Virus record (IMG/VR): IMGVR_UViG_3300042870_001966
Strand: one strand, 5' to 3'
Source: a virus
Lineage: Duplodnaviria; Heunggongvirae; Uroviricota; Caudoviricetes
DNA: 64,000 nt
Shown: piece by piece, positions 1-9,464 of the stretch
How positions within the stretch are numbered: the first letter of the stretch is position 1
Layout of the letters: the number at the start of each line of letters is the position of its first letter
Translations under genes and position numbers: made by a program
Notes under the pieces: model-generated
The model's input: only the letters and a program-made list of their open reading frames with translations
Databases searched by the model: none
Told to the model about the DNA's origin: nothing

Positions 1-254
1 GATACAAAAAATCTCTGTCGAAATGGGCAAAGGATTCAGTGAAAGGTGCAGTTAAATTCATTACTTCATTTGAAGATCAATTAGTTTATCAAGCAAAACG
101 CCGAGGTTGCAAAGGAGTTATATGCGGACACATACATAAACCTGAAAACCGAACGATTGATTCAATCCACTATCTTAACTGTGGAGATTGGATAGAAAAT
201 AACAGTTACATCATTTATGATAAAGGACATTTTAACCATTATAATTCCCTGTAA
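1..254 (+). CDS. calcineurin-like phosphoesterase, LpxH-like C-terminal fragment (5' truncated by window edge)
   Basis: Frame is open to position 1. GHIHKP and NCGDW motifs resemble the LpxH/MPP C-terminus. Confidence 0.5.
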   Translation, partial: YKKSLSKWAKDSVKGAVKFITSFEDQLVYQAKRRGCKGVICGHIHKPENRTIDSIHYLNCGDWIENNSYIIYDKGHFNHYNSL

Positions 255-921
255 GAACGAAGAGACTTACATAATTAAAACACTAGAATCAATTGAAAGA
301 CAGAAATATTCAGAGGGCTTACGAGTTATAATAGCTGATGCAAACTCAACTGACTCTACTCGGAGTTTAATCGAAGACTTTGCAACTGATAGTAAACTAT
401 GTGTTGAAATAATTGATGGAGGTCCAGTTGCAGTAGGCCGAAACACTGGAGCAGATTTAGTAACTACTGATTGGCTACTTTTCATAGATGCGGATACTCA
501 ATTACTAAATCATGAAACCTTATTTAATTGCGTCTACCATACCATCTTTGGAACTTACGATATAATAACGTGCACGGTTAAACCGGCTGAACCTAATGCT
601 AAAGTATGGATTGCACATAAGTTATTTAGAGTGACCCAAGCTATTTTACCGGAATCATTTTGCCCAGGAGTATTCTTCTTAATTAGAAAATCAACATACC
701 TGCAATTTGGTAAATTTGACGAGAGCGTGCAGCATTCAGAAGACTACTTATTATCTAGGAATATCAAAAAAGATAAGTTTTTAATATTACCAGACGGAGT
801 TACTCAAGACGATAGGCGTTTTAAAAAAATGGGTTACTTTGGAATGTTTAAATTTATATTCAATAATTACATTAATCGTAAAAACCTAGACCACTTTAGA
901 AAAAACATAAACTATTGGTGA
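217..921 (+). CDS. family 2 glycosyltransferase
   Basis: N-terminal IIIPCKNEE and DxD-type GT2 signature. Confidence 0.75.
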   Translation: MIKDILTIIIPCKNEETYIIKTLESIERQKYSEGLRVIIADANSTDSTRSLIEDFATDSKLCVEIIDGGPVAVGRNTGADLVTTDWLLFIDADTQLLNHETLFNCVYHTIFGTYDIITCTVKPAEPNAKVWIAHKLFRVTQAILPESFCPGVFFLIRKSTYLQFGKFDESVQHSEDYLLSRNIKKDKFLILPDGVTQDDRRFKKMGYFGMFKFIFNNYINRKNLDHFRKNINYW

Positions 922-943
922 TCAATTAAAGTACAATAACTAA

Positions 944-2086
944 ATGAATGTAAACCAAATAAAAACAGAAATTCTTTCAGGTTTAACTATTGCAATTGCT
1001 CTTGTACCTGAAGCAATTTCATTTGCTTTATTAGTCGGAGCTTCTCCTCAAATTGGATTATGGGCAGCAGTCTTCATGGCTCTGTCTACTGCAATATTCG
1101 GCGGAAGACCTGGTTTAATTAGTGGAGCGACTGGGGCAACTGCCGTAATTATGGCCGGCCTCGTATCAATTGCTGGAATTGAATCGCTTTTCCTTGGAGT
1201 AGTAGTTGCTGGAATTATTCAATTGATAATTTGGGCTTCAGGTGCATGGAAAATATTTAAAAAGATTCCGCCTTCTGCTATTTCAGGTTTCTTAATTGCA
1301 CTAGCGATTATGATTTTAGTAAGCCAGTTTAAATACTTAACTATCGGTAATCCATCTTCTACTGGCCTAATATTAACTATATCAACTATATTATTATGCG
1401 CAGCTGCAATGATATGGTCCTCACGGAAATTTAGTTTTCCTCCAGCGTTAGTGTCGATTACAGTTGGTTGCTTAATGGGAATTCCATTAGGCTTAGCGAC
1501 AGTCGGCGATCTATCGCCAGTAACCGCAAGCTTGCCAACGCTAGCTATCCCAACCTTTAGTTGGAGTCTGCTATTGACAGTCTTACCGTATTCATTCGGG
1601 ATGGCTGTGTCTGGCTTAACTGAATCTCTGTTGACTGTCGATACTGTGTCTCATAAATTAAATGAACACGGCGATAAAGCAAAAGAGACATTTGCTCAAG
1701 GGCTTGGTAATATAGTTAGCGGATTCTTTGGAACAATGGGAGGCTGCGTCCTAGTCGGACAGACTAATTTAAACGTAAATGCTGGAGCAAAGCATCGACT
1801 CTCTGGAATAGTTGCAGGGATTGGGCTCTCTCTAATTATTCTATTGTTTGGGAAATGGATTGAACAACTACCGCTAGTTGGATTAATTGGAGTAATGTTG
1901 GTAGTTGTATATCAAACTGGGGATTGGCAAAGCATAAAATCAGGAAATAAACTTAACTTATTGAGTATTATATTGACAGTTATTATTTCGTTAGCTACTC
2001 ATAACTTAGCAATCGGTGTAATCATCGGGTCAATTGTATTCTATTTTAGTAAATTAATATTAAAGCATGACACACGTAAAGAATAA
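944..2086 (+). CDS. SulP-family anion permease, transmembrane domain only (no STAS domain)
   Basis: ALVPEAISFALL(V/A)GASP SulP signature; polytopic membrane protein. Confidence 0.7.
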   Translation: MNVNQIKTEILSGLTIAIALVPEAISFALLVGASPQIGLWAAVFMALSTAIFGGRPGLISGATGATAVIMAGLVSIAGIESLFLGVVVAGIIQLIIWASGAWKIFKKIPPSAISGFLIALAIMILVSQFKYLTIGNPSSTGLILTISTILLCAAAMIWSSRKFSFPPALVSITVGCLMGIPLGLATVGDLSPVTASLPTLAIPTFSWSLLLTVLPYSFGMAVSGLTESLLTVDTVSHKLNEHGDKAKETFAQGLGNIVSGFFGTMGGCVLVGQTNLNVNAGAKHRLSGIVAGIGLSLIILLFGKWIEQLPLVGLIGVMLVVVYQTGDWQSIKSGNKLNLLSIILTVIISLATHNLAIGVIIGSIVFYFSKLILKHDTRKE

Positions 2087-3428
2087 AACAGTAACTGAAT
2101 ACTTAGATCAGGACTATGCGATGTACGGAATGTACACGTTAGAAAACCGGGCAATTCCTTCTGTAATAGATGGTTTCAAACCTACTCAGCGTAAAATCAT
2201 TTATATCTCAGATAAAGTCTGGAAATCAGGCAATGAAAAGCCATTAAAGATATTCCAGTTAGGTGGTAAGATCGCAGCAGATGCCCACTACCATCACGGT
2301 GACGGGTCTCTAAATGGTGCAATCATTGGGATGGCTCAGTCATTTAAGAATTCATTACCTCTTCTTGACGAGATAGGCCAGTTCGGATCTCTAAGATCTC
2401 CTGAAGCTGGTGCGGCTCGTTATATTTCAACTAAACTTACTGGAAATTTTAGACTTCTTTACAAGGATTTTGAATTGCTTGAGAATCAAGTCGAAGAAGG
2501 AAATACGATTGAACCTAAATTCTTCTTGCCAATTATCCCAACCGTTCTACTAAACGGAAGCTCAGGTATTGCAGTAGGATTTGCCACTAACATATTAAAT
2601 CGTAATCCATTAGACTTAGTAGACTCATGTCTTAAAGTATTAGATGGCAAGAAAATAGGCAAACTGCTTCCATGGTGGAGAGACTACATTGGCCCAGTCG
2701 AGTCAGTCGTTGGAACTAACCAGTACATTATGCGTGGAGTATACGAAGTTCTGAATACTACTACTGTCAAGATTACAGAGCTTCCGCCATCAATGACTTT
2801 TCAGAAATACGAAGTTCATTTGAATACTCTACAAGATAGAGGAATTATTGTTTCGTACGATGACAATTCTTCAAATGGAATCAACTACACTCTTAAATTT
2901 GCAAGAGCTACACTAGCTGACCTAATTGGAAAAGGCCGGCTCGACCAAACCCTTAAGATGATTGAGACTGAAACTGAGAACTTAACCTGCTTAAATGAAA
3001 AGGGCAAGCTTGCAATCTTTGAGGACATTACTCAAGTGGTAGATTACTTTGTAAACTTTAGATTAAGTTTCTATGATAAACGCAAAGCATTCTTAATCAA
3101 GAAGTACGGTGAAGAATTAATTTACTTATCGAACCGAGCTAAATTCATTAAGCTTATTATTGATGGTAAACTTAAAGTAAATAACGTTCCACGTAAAGAG
3201 ATCATTCTCTACCTGCAAACGGCAGACTTCGACGAAGTTAATGGATCGTATAACTACTTACTCAACATGCCAATCCACTCTCTGACTAAAGAAACTTACG
3301 AGCAATTATTGAAAGAAGTTGCTGATATTAAATCGCTATTAGTCGATATTAAAAAGAAGGATCCAACTGAGATGTATCGAGAAGATTTATTTGAGCTAAA
3401 GAAAAACCTAAAGTATTCTTCAAAGTAA
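2067..3428 (+). CDS. DNA topoisomerase II GyrA-like DNA-cleavage subunit (T4 gp52-like)
   Basis: RAIPSVIDGFKPTQRKI type IIA topoisomerase motif. Confidence 0.8.
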   Translation: MTHVKNKTVTEYLDQDYAMYGMYTLENRAIPSVIDGFKPTQRKIIYISDKVWKSGNEKPLKIFQLGGKIAADAHYHHGDGSLNGAIIGMAQSFKNSLPLLDEIGQFGSLRSPEAGAARYISTKLTGNFRLLYKDFELLENQVEEGNTIEPKFFLPIIPTVLLNGSSGIAVGFATNILNRNPLDLVDSCLKVLDGKKIGKLLPWWRDYIGPVESVVGTNQYIMRGVYEVLNTTTVKITELPPSMTFQKYEVHLNTLQDRGIIVSYDDNSSNGINYTLKFARATLADLIGKGRLDQTLKMIETETENLTCLNEKGKLAIFEDITQVVDYFVNFRLSFYDKRKAFLIKKYGEELIYLSNRAKFIKLIIDGKLKVNNVPRKEIILYLQTADFDEVNGSYNYLLNMPIHSLTKETYEQLLKEVADIKSLLVDIKKKDPTEMYREDLFELKKNLKYSSK

Positions 3429-3450
3429 AATAAAAATAAAGTAATCAACC

Positions 3451-4002
3451 ATGTTAAAATCATTTAGCCAATTCGTAACTGGATTATTTGAAAAGAAAGG
3501 AGACGCTCATAGTTATGGATGTGCAATGGTCTATTTCAATTTTCCAACAATGCCTGAACTGCATTCAAAAATAGATGAAGCAGATATCTACACAGAAGAG
3601 GGCGATCGTTCATACGGTCTTGAGGATGAACCTCATACAACTCTTTTATATGGACTTCATTCGGCAGATATTAATGACGCTAAGGTATTAGAGATATGTA
3701 AATCTAAACCAATCGGTCAACTGACTCTACATAATGCATCTCTATTTGAGAATGCTAAATACGATGTACTTAAGTTTGATGTAGAAAATCCAGTGTTGGC
3801 TGAGATTAATGCAGAACTTAGTAAGTTACCTCACACTACTGATTTCCCAGACTACCATCCACATGCAACAATCGGGTACCTAAAGCCTGGAACCGGCAAG
3901 AAATACGTTGACTTATTTAATGGTAATCGGCATGAAGTCGCTGCTCATAAAATAGTTTATTCAAAACCTGACGACAGTCGAATCGAAGAAGAATGGAATT
4001 AA
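3451..4002 (+). CDS. 2H phosphoesterase (LigT-like) with CTS-like N-terminus
   Basis: Two HxTx motifs (HTTL, HATI). N-terminus MLKSFSQFVTGLFE. Confidence 0.65.
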   Translation: MLKSFSQFVTGLFEKKGDAHSYGCAMVYFNFPTMPELHSKIDEADIYTEEGDRSYGLEDEPHTTLLYGLHSADINDAKVLEICKSKPIGQLTLHNASLFENAKYDVLKFDVENPVLAEINAELSKLPHTTDFPDYHPHATIGYLKPGTGKKYVDLFNGNRHEVAAHKIVYSKPDDSRIEEEWN

Positions 4003-4448
4003 TTAGTACATACATTTGCAAGCAAGGAGATATTGGTGTCCACAATAATATGTTTGGTGGAATTATCCTTTCTATTATTGACGATGCTGCTGCAAGTTAT
4101 GCATCTCAAATATGCGACACCCAACGAGTAGTAACCCTAAAAATTGACGAGCTGGTTTTTTCAAAGCCAGTAAAGGTCGGTAATATTATAAAAATATACG
4201 GATCAGTAAAGGCGTTTGGAACAACTTCAGTTACTCTATACATTGAAGTTCGTAAGCATAATGTTTACACTGGAGTTCAAACAGTAGTTACTCACACAAA
4301 TATAAAATTCGTTCGGATTGACGATGAGGGTAATTCCCTAGCAATTAGCGAAGGAGTCAAAGTTAGATACACTGATCGAGTTAAGGAATTCGGCAGAGCT
4401 CTACTTGATCCAGACGAAATGTCAACTCGTAAAAATAAAAACAAATAA
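3993..4448 (+). CDS. acyl-CoA thioesterase (hotdog fold)
   Basis: YciA-like hotdog pattern. Confidence 0.55.
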   Translation: MELISTYICKQGDIGVHNNMFGGIILSIIDDAAASYASQICDTQRVVTLKIDELVFSKPVKVGNIIKIYGSVKAFGTTSVTLYIEVRKHNVYTGVQTVVTHTNIKFVRIDDEGNSLAISEGVKVRYTDRVKEFGRALLDPDEMSTRKNKNK

Positions 4449-4626
4449 CATGATAACTCAAGAAATCTTAGACTCATTCGTTTATGAAACGCTTTCCGGA
4501 GAGTGGAACGTAACTGACCCTACTGAATTTGATCAGGTCCTAGTGGCAGGCCCATTTAAAACCAAAGAAGCAGCTGAAGCTGCTCTTATTGAATACGTTA
4601 AAGTAAATGAAATTACTTTCGAGTAA
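4405..4626 (+). CDS. hypothetical protein
   Basis: ORF only. Confidence 0.3.
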   Translation: MIQTKCQLVKIKTNNMITQEILDSFVYETLSGEWNVTDPTEFDQVLVAGPFKTKEAAEAALIEYVKVNEITFE

Positions 4627-5370
4627 TTAAAAGATATACTTTAAAAGAACTGACGCAGTTTCCTGAGAAGGATTAACTGAGTCTGTTATGTAATGAGGGT
4701 AACCTTGATAGCTATACGTATAAACTAATCCTATTTCTAAATTCTTTTTAATCTTAAGTGCGATTGTGTTTGTACTTCGCATGTTTAAATTATCTAGAAA
4801 AGAAACTTCTCTGCTTGAATAAATTGCTGGCTGAAATAGAGTAACTGACGAGATCTTAATCAATCCGCTTTCGTAATTTGCTCTAAGTCTAGATGATGCT
4901 CTTACTGTAAAGTTATTATTTGAAACCTTAATGCTGGACCAAAAATACTCTGGCAAAATTACTTCAGAGAAAACAATATCGAACTTCTTATTCTTGATAA
5001 TTGATACGCCTAATCCCAAACCAGCTGAGCTTCGAAGATCTATTTTTCTCATGTATGATCTCTCATCTTCAGTAAATCCAATAACTTTAAACTTACCTAT
5101 CTGTTTTGAAATATTTCCAGTCAAGTAGACTTCATTTTCGTACTGAGTCATTTCAGATTTTCCATACGCGGATTGCTTGCTCCAACGGTAAGTAGTATTT
5201 AGATTCCATTGATACGATCCAGTATCTCTTTTTAATTCAGCTTTCGTTGTAATACCAATTGCACTAAAGTTTCCCCTAGTTCCATCTCCTCCAACCGATA
5301 TTGATTTTTTAATTTGACTAAATACAGGTAATGAGACTGTCAGTAATAGTATCGTTAATATAAACTTCAT
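4627..5370 (-). CDS. secreted/outer-membrane beta-barrel-like protein
   Basis: Signal peptide ending VFSQ. Alternating C-terminal strand ending in Phe. Confidence 0.5.
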   Translation of the reverse strand: MKFILTILLLTVSLPVFSQIKKSISVGGDGTRGNFSAIGITTKAELKRDTGSYQWNLNTTYRWSKQSAYGKSEMTQYENEVYLTGNISKQIGKFKVIGFTEDERSYMRKIDLRSSAGLGLGVSIIKNKKFDIVFSEVILPEYFWSSIKVSNNNFTVRASSRLRANYESGLIKISSVTLFQPAIYSSREVSFLDNLNMRSTNTIALKIKKNLEIGLVYTYSYQGYPHYITDSVNPSQETASVLLKYIF

Positions 5371-5837
5371 TATTTGTTACGTGTATTTTTTAACTGTATT
5401 ATTTGGTTAACTGCATTTAGGAATAACCAGTCCTCGACATCAGTTAACTTACATAAAAAATTATATTCATGCATGTAACACATGAGCTCCTCTTCTCTTG
5501 CTGTAAACTTAATCAAGTTATTCCATAAGTACAGGTGATACGACTCATGCACCAATACGGCCGCTAAATTATTAATAGACGGACTAGTTACGTCCTTTGT
5601 ATTAATCACAATAGTATTGGGTGGAAGGTTAGTAGATCTATCGCCCATTATAAACTCAATTCGTTTACAATTCGTAATCAGAGTTTGGTAACTAACTGAG
5701 TCAGTATCTTTTACAAGTAAAATAGCCCTCTCGACTCTAGCCTTCCAGCCGTCTCCGACATCGTCTATTACTATTTGAGAAAATCCAAATACTGGAATCG
5801 TTAATATTAATACAATTAAGGCATTTTTAAAATACAT
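5370..5837 (-). CDS. secreted protein with HExxH motif
   Basis: Signal peptide; HESYH. Confidence 0.45.
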   Translation of the reverse strand: MYFKNALIVLILTIPVFGFSQIVIDDVGDGWKARVERAILLVKDTDSVSYQTLITNCKRIEFIMGDRSTNLPPNTIVINTKDVTSPSINNLAAVLVHESYHLYLWNNLIKFTAREEELMCYMHEYNFLCKLTDVEDWLFLNAVNQIIQLKNTRNK

Positions 5838-6289
5838 TGTTCAAGTGCTTTTTTGATAGAATTAGATACTGTCATTTTAGAAAACGGCATAGCACCCTCT
5901 TCCAATTCAATCATTACGGCTCTCACCTCAGTCTCAGACTCGCCAGTCCCTTCGTACTTTTGCCCGTTATAATAAATTCGAACAGCGACTTGTGTAACCT
6001 GCTCAGTCTTTTCTATTCCAGCAATACGTATGGTACTTTTAGGAATACCGAAATAATAGATCTCAATCTTAATTGGGGATCCTGCATCAGATAGACAGTA
6101 TTTAGAAGAAAGTAGGTCTTCTGCTATTTGCTTTACACCAAACCGAATATCACGGTTTCCTAATTCCCTAACCTTTGCGGTAGAATATACTGTGTCTATT
6201 TTAATACACATGTGAATTGGGCTAGTTTGCGAAAAAGCCAGCAGCTGTACCAATAGTAAAACTGCAAGCAATAAAATAAACTTCTTCAT
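5816..6289 (-). CDS. secreted protein
   Basis: Signal peptide MKKFILLLAVLLL..AFSQ. Confidence 0.45.
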   Translation of the reverse strand: MKKFILLLAVLLLVQLLAFSQTSPIHMCIKIDTVYSTAKVRELGNRDIRFGVKQIAEDLLSSKYCLSDAGSPIKIEIYYFGIPKSTIRIAGIEKTEQVTQVAVRIYYNGQKYEGTGESETEVRAVMIELEEGAMPFSKMTVSNSIKKALEQCILKMP

Positions 6290-6302
6290 CTTATAAAATT
6301 TA

Positions 6303-6584
6303 TTATTTTTTTAGTTCAATTATTGCATCCTCAACGTATTTATCACGTTGGTCTTGTAAGTATTGTATTCGATCGAGCATAATTTGTTTATCATCCTTTA
6401 CTGTTTGCTCAGTATAGGCTTTTTGTGCTTCATATAGTTTTTGCCAATACGCTACACGCTCTTCCATCATCACGCCTTGATACCAAATAACCGCTATCAT
6501 AAGTACGATGGTAAATGATTGTTCTTTTAGTTTAGAAAAGAAGGTATCCGTAAATCCTGAAGTAGGGTTTGTTTCTTCTGCCAT
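6303..6584 (-). CDS. small membrane protein
   Basis: One predicted TM helix. Confidence 0.4.
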   Translation of the reverse strand: MAEETNPTSGFTDTFFSKLKEQSFTIVLMIAVIWYQGVMMEERVAYWQKLYEAQKAYTEQTVKDDKQIMLDRIQYLQDQRDKYVEDAIIELKK

Positions 6585-6604
6585 ATTTAATTTGTTTTTT
6601 TTAT

Positions 6605-7783
6605 TTATTGTGTATAGCCAGTCCGTAACAGATAAAAGCTAGTAGTTCCTCCATTAGTTGGTGTTGAAATAATCATTGATTGAACTCCTGGTATACTGGA
6701 GCGTAGATCACTTGTCCCGGAATTAATAGTTGTCCATTGAGCTGGCGTAAATATCCGATACGACGGATATGCATTTATCCAATTTGGAAATCTACCTGAA
6801 ATTTTACCGAATATGCAATAGGAATCCGTTACATTAAACCGAGTATCTTGATTAACGTCCATTGTATAATACAATTTAGAGCTTGGCATCACCGAGTATA
6901 ATAACATTTGAATAGGGTATTGAGCAGCAGTTGATATTGGATTACTAATAGTCAGATTTTCTAATCTAATTTGGAAATCATGGGACGCGTCATCTAAATT
7001 AGGTACCATTGAATATAGACCCAACGAATTAGTGTAATATGTTCCCTTTATGCTGAATGTAGTTTCCGGTGAAGCTGGTGTAAATCTAACTGAATAATTA
7101 GTTGCGCTCCATTGAGATGCATTCTTTCCACCGACTGGAACAACCGTTGACGAAGAAGTTGATATTAGACCGGCGGTCGCGTTATTACTACCACATAAAG
7201 GTTTTGAGGCATAATTTATATCTATTAAATTCGACGTTTCATATAGAATGAACTGAAATGTGTGTAGATTTGTTCTACACCCATAATGCGGAACTGCATT
7301 AAAAGAGACAGTCAACGATCTATTGGGCGATGTTCCTGATGTTACGTATCTGATGTTAGCTGATCCAGGAAATAAGTCCTCCCAATCCGCTAAAATTGCG
7401 TTTAATGGAGACCCTGCATTTGGAATAAAGGCTGCAGTATATCCAGTTGTTTGGCCCGAGCTAAACCCGATCCATCCATTTGATCCAACGTAAAATTGAG
7501 TATACGTATTTCCAAAGTAGGTAAAACTAAATCCTATATTAAATGGTCCATGTGTAGCATCGTCCGATGATGGAATTACGGTACCGGTTGTATAACTAGG
7601 AGAAGTCGGATAAGTAGGAAAAGTTACTTCATATTGAACAATCCTTTTGCCGTATAGCAAGACTGGTATATTTTGTAAGCCTTGACCATTAGCTCCATAA
7701 ACATATCCTGAATAAGTAAATGGTTGAGCATACACCGACCCTATAATCAATGTAGCAATTAGTGTGATGATAAACTTTCTCAT
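6605..7783 (-). CDS. secreted protein
   Basis: Signal peptide ..VYAQ. S/T/Y-rich. Confidence 0.5.
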   Translation of the reverse strand: MRKFIITLIATLIIGSVYAQPFTYSGYVYGANGQGLQNIPVLLYGKRIVQYEVTFPTYPTSPSYTTGTVIPSSDDATHGPFNIGFSFTYFGNTYTQFYVGSNGWIGFSSGQTTGYTAAFIPNAGSPLNAILADWEDLFPGSANIRYVTSGTSPNRSLTVSFNAVPHYGCRTNLHTFQFILYETSNLIDINYASKPLCGSNNATAGLISTSSSTVVPVGGKNASQWSATNYSVRFTPASPETTFSIKGTYYTNSLGLYSMVPNLDDASHDFQIRLENLTISNPISTAAQYPIQMLLYSVMPSSKLYYTMDVNQDTRFNVTDSYCIFGKISGRFPNWINAYPSYRIFTPAQWTTINSGTSDLRSSIPGVQSMIISTPTNGGTTSFYLLRTGYTQ

Positions 7784-9450
7784 AATAGCATGCGAGTTCC
7801 CAGCATGATGGTATAGTTTAATGTGGATTCATTAATCGCCCAAGCTCCACCGGCGTTTATGTTAAGCTTAAATCGTTTAGTTATCCCGATATTAGTTCCC
7901 ATAATAGGTAAAACCACATGTGGTGATTTTAATAGAACATCATTATAGTAACTAACGTATGGGGCATACACGTACAAACATAACATTTTTACTGAAATTC
8001 TCTTAGAGATTTTCCAGTCATACATTCCTCCAGCAATAGCAGCAGTTCCTATAAAAGCAGTCCCTGATACTTGGCCGACTGAACCGGTTAGCATATAAAG
8101 AGCTTTTAGGTTTTTCGGCTTATTTAGAGTCCACATTTGACCTACTGCTAATGTTCCATAGACAGTCATTTGTCTTTCAAAACCAATAGTAAGCGATGTA
8201 GAGATTAAATCTATTCTTCGCTTATTCATGAATGCATAAAAGCCTGTAATATTTGGACCCTTTATAGCAGTCGTATAGTCTGCACTAATTCCGTGAGATC
8301 TCTTTCCGTCCCATCTCATTGATGAGTAACCTCCAGTGACCTTTCCTCCAACTGTAACATCTGAATTTTTAAAATTGAATCCAACGAAATCGCTGCTTGC
8401 TAAAATACTAGGTCGATTCCCATTTTTATTAGAGGCACCGGCTGCTCCTCCACCTGCGGAAGTTGATTCCTGTACTGAACCAACTGATCCGCCAATTAAG
8501 TTAGTTTTTCCACCTGCTTCTGTTTCAGAAGTTGGCGTTGACTGATTATTTGAGCCGCTTGTTCCAGAGCCAGCGGTCGTTCCAGACCCGCCTCCATTAA
8601 CATTGCCGCTATTTGAAGTTGATCCGCTAGCTTGAGATCCGGTAGTTCCGTTGCCGGTTGTTGATCCGCTTCCGGTAGTTGAGCCGGTCGTTGAACCGCT
8701 TCCGGTAGTTGAGCCGGTCGTTGAACCGCTTCCAGTGGTTGATCCACCTGCTTGAGACCCAGAGGTTCCATTGCCAGCTTGAGACCCAGCTGTTCCGTTA
8801 CCGGCAGTTGATCCTGGTTCTCCAGATCCTCCGCTGCTTGTCGAGCCAGTTTCGTTCGAACCTTGAGTCTGTGAGCCCTGTGTCGTAGAAGATCCACTAC
8901 TGCTAGTAGAGCTCCCATTGTTACTAGTGGTCCCAGAGTTAGAGCTACCACCAGTACTTCCATTAGATTGTGCATTTGTTGAAGTACTATTTTCTGCAGG
9001 TTTATCCGCCCCGCCTTTATTTTTGGAGTTACCCTTTGACTTGGAGGAATTTTGTACACTAGAGACAGTTCCGCCAATCATATTACTTGATCCGCCAGCC
9101 ATATCAGATAGAGCCGATAATGAGTTTACTATTCCTAGAAAACTAATTGCTGTATTTTGTGCTATATTAACTGAAGTAGGCATTCCTACTAAACTTGCAC
9201 ATGGGTTGTTATTACCAAAGGAAGAATAAACGCCTTGAGCCCATGTCTCAAAACCTCCATTGTAAAAATCCGTTGGTTGAAATGTATTTACTTGACCGTA
9301 ATAGGTTACTGTTATTCCGTTTGATGGAACTTGTATTGTTTTGTTTATTCCAGTACATGGATCAGTGTAATTGTAGGAAAAGGTTTGAGCCATTCCCAAT
9401 GACGATACTAAGATCCACGCAATAAGCAGTATAATTTTTTTAACATACAT
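7780..9450 (-). CDS. secreted protein with long Ser/Gly/Thr/Asn-rich tandem-repeat region
   Basis: Signal peptide ..GMAQ. GSTTGSGSTTG repeats encoded by a DNA tandem repeat. Confidence 0.55.
   Translation of the reverse strand: MYVKKIILLIAWILVSSLGMAQTFSYNYTDPCTGINKTIQVPSNGITVTYYGQVNTFQPTDFYNGGFETWAQGVYSSFGNNNPCASLVGMPTSVNIAQNTAISFLGIVNSLSALSDMAGGSSNMIGGTVSSVQNSSKSKGNSKNKGGADKPAENSTSTNAQSNGSTGGSSNSGTTSNNGSSTSSSGSSTTQGSQTQGSNETGSTSSGGSGEPGSTAGNGTAGSQAGNGTSGSQAGGSTTGSGSTTGSTTGSGSTTGSTTGSGSTTGNGTTGSQASGSTSNSGNVNGGGSGTTAGSGTSGSNNQSTPTSETEAGGKTNLIGGSVGSVQESTSAGGGAAGASNKNGNRPSILASSDFVGFNFKNSDVTVGGKVTGGYSSMRWDGKRSHGISADYTTAIKGPNITGFYAFMNKRRIDLISTSLTIGFERQMTVYGTLAVGQMWTLNKPKNLKALYMLTGSVGQVSGTAFIGTAAIAGGMYDWKISKRISVKMLCLYVYAPYVSYYNDVLLKSPHVVLPIMGTNIGITKRFKLNINAGGAWAINESTLNYTIMLGTRMLL
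8676..8741. repeat. direct tandem repeat (about 30-33 bp x2+) inside gene 7780..9450
   Basis: tccggtagttgagccggtcgttgaaccgct is repeated. It encodes GSTTGSGSTTG. Confidence 0.7.
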
Positions 9451-9464
9451 TTGCGTTTCATATT

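Noticed and set aside
232-245. Apparent continuity of the LpxH-like frame into the GT2 frame in the printed sequence around 237-242
   Set aside because: My manual reading of the printed line suggested a one-base discrepancy versus the ORF track at a T-run. This is probably a miscount on my part. The track's two overlapping ORFs (39..254 and 217..921) are kept because GT2 domains normally start right at IIIPCKNEE.
267-6094. Short antisense ORFs 267..485(-), 4292..4477(-), 4931..5128(+), 5837..6094(+)
   Set aside because: They are embedded antisense to well-supported genes and lack starts with context or motifs.
8676-8741. Possible CRISPR array
   Set aside because: There are only two to three contiguous direct repeats with no spacers. 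They are in-frame coding repeats giving GSTTG motifs. No CRISPR array is present anywhere in the window.
8336-9229. ORFs 8336..8545(+), 8496..9077(-, different frame), 8918..9229(+) inside gene 7780..9450
   Set aside because: They arise from the low-complexity GGT/TCC-rich tandem-repeat DNA. The signal-peptide-bearing 556-aa frame is the coherent gene.
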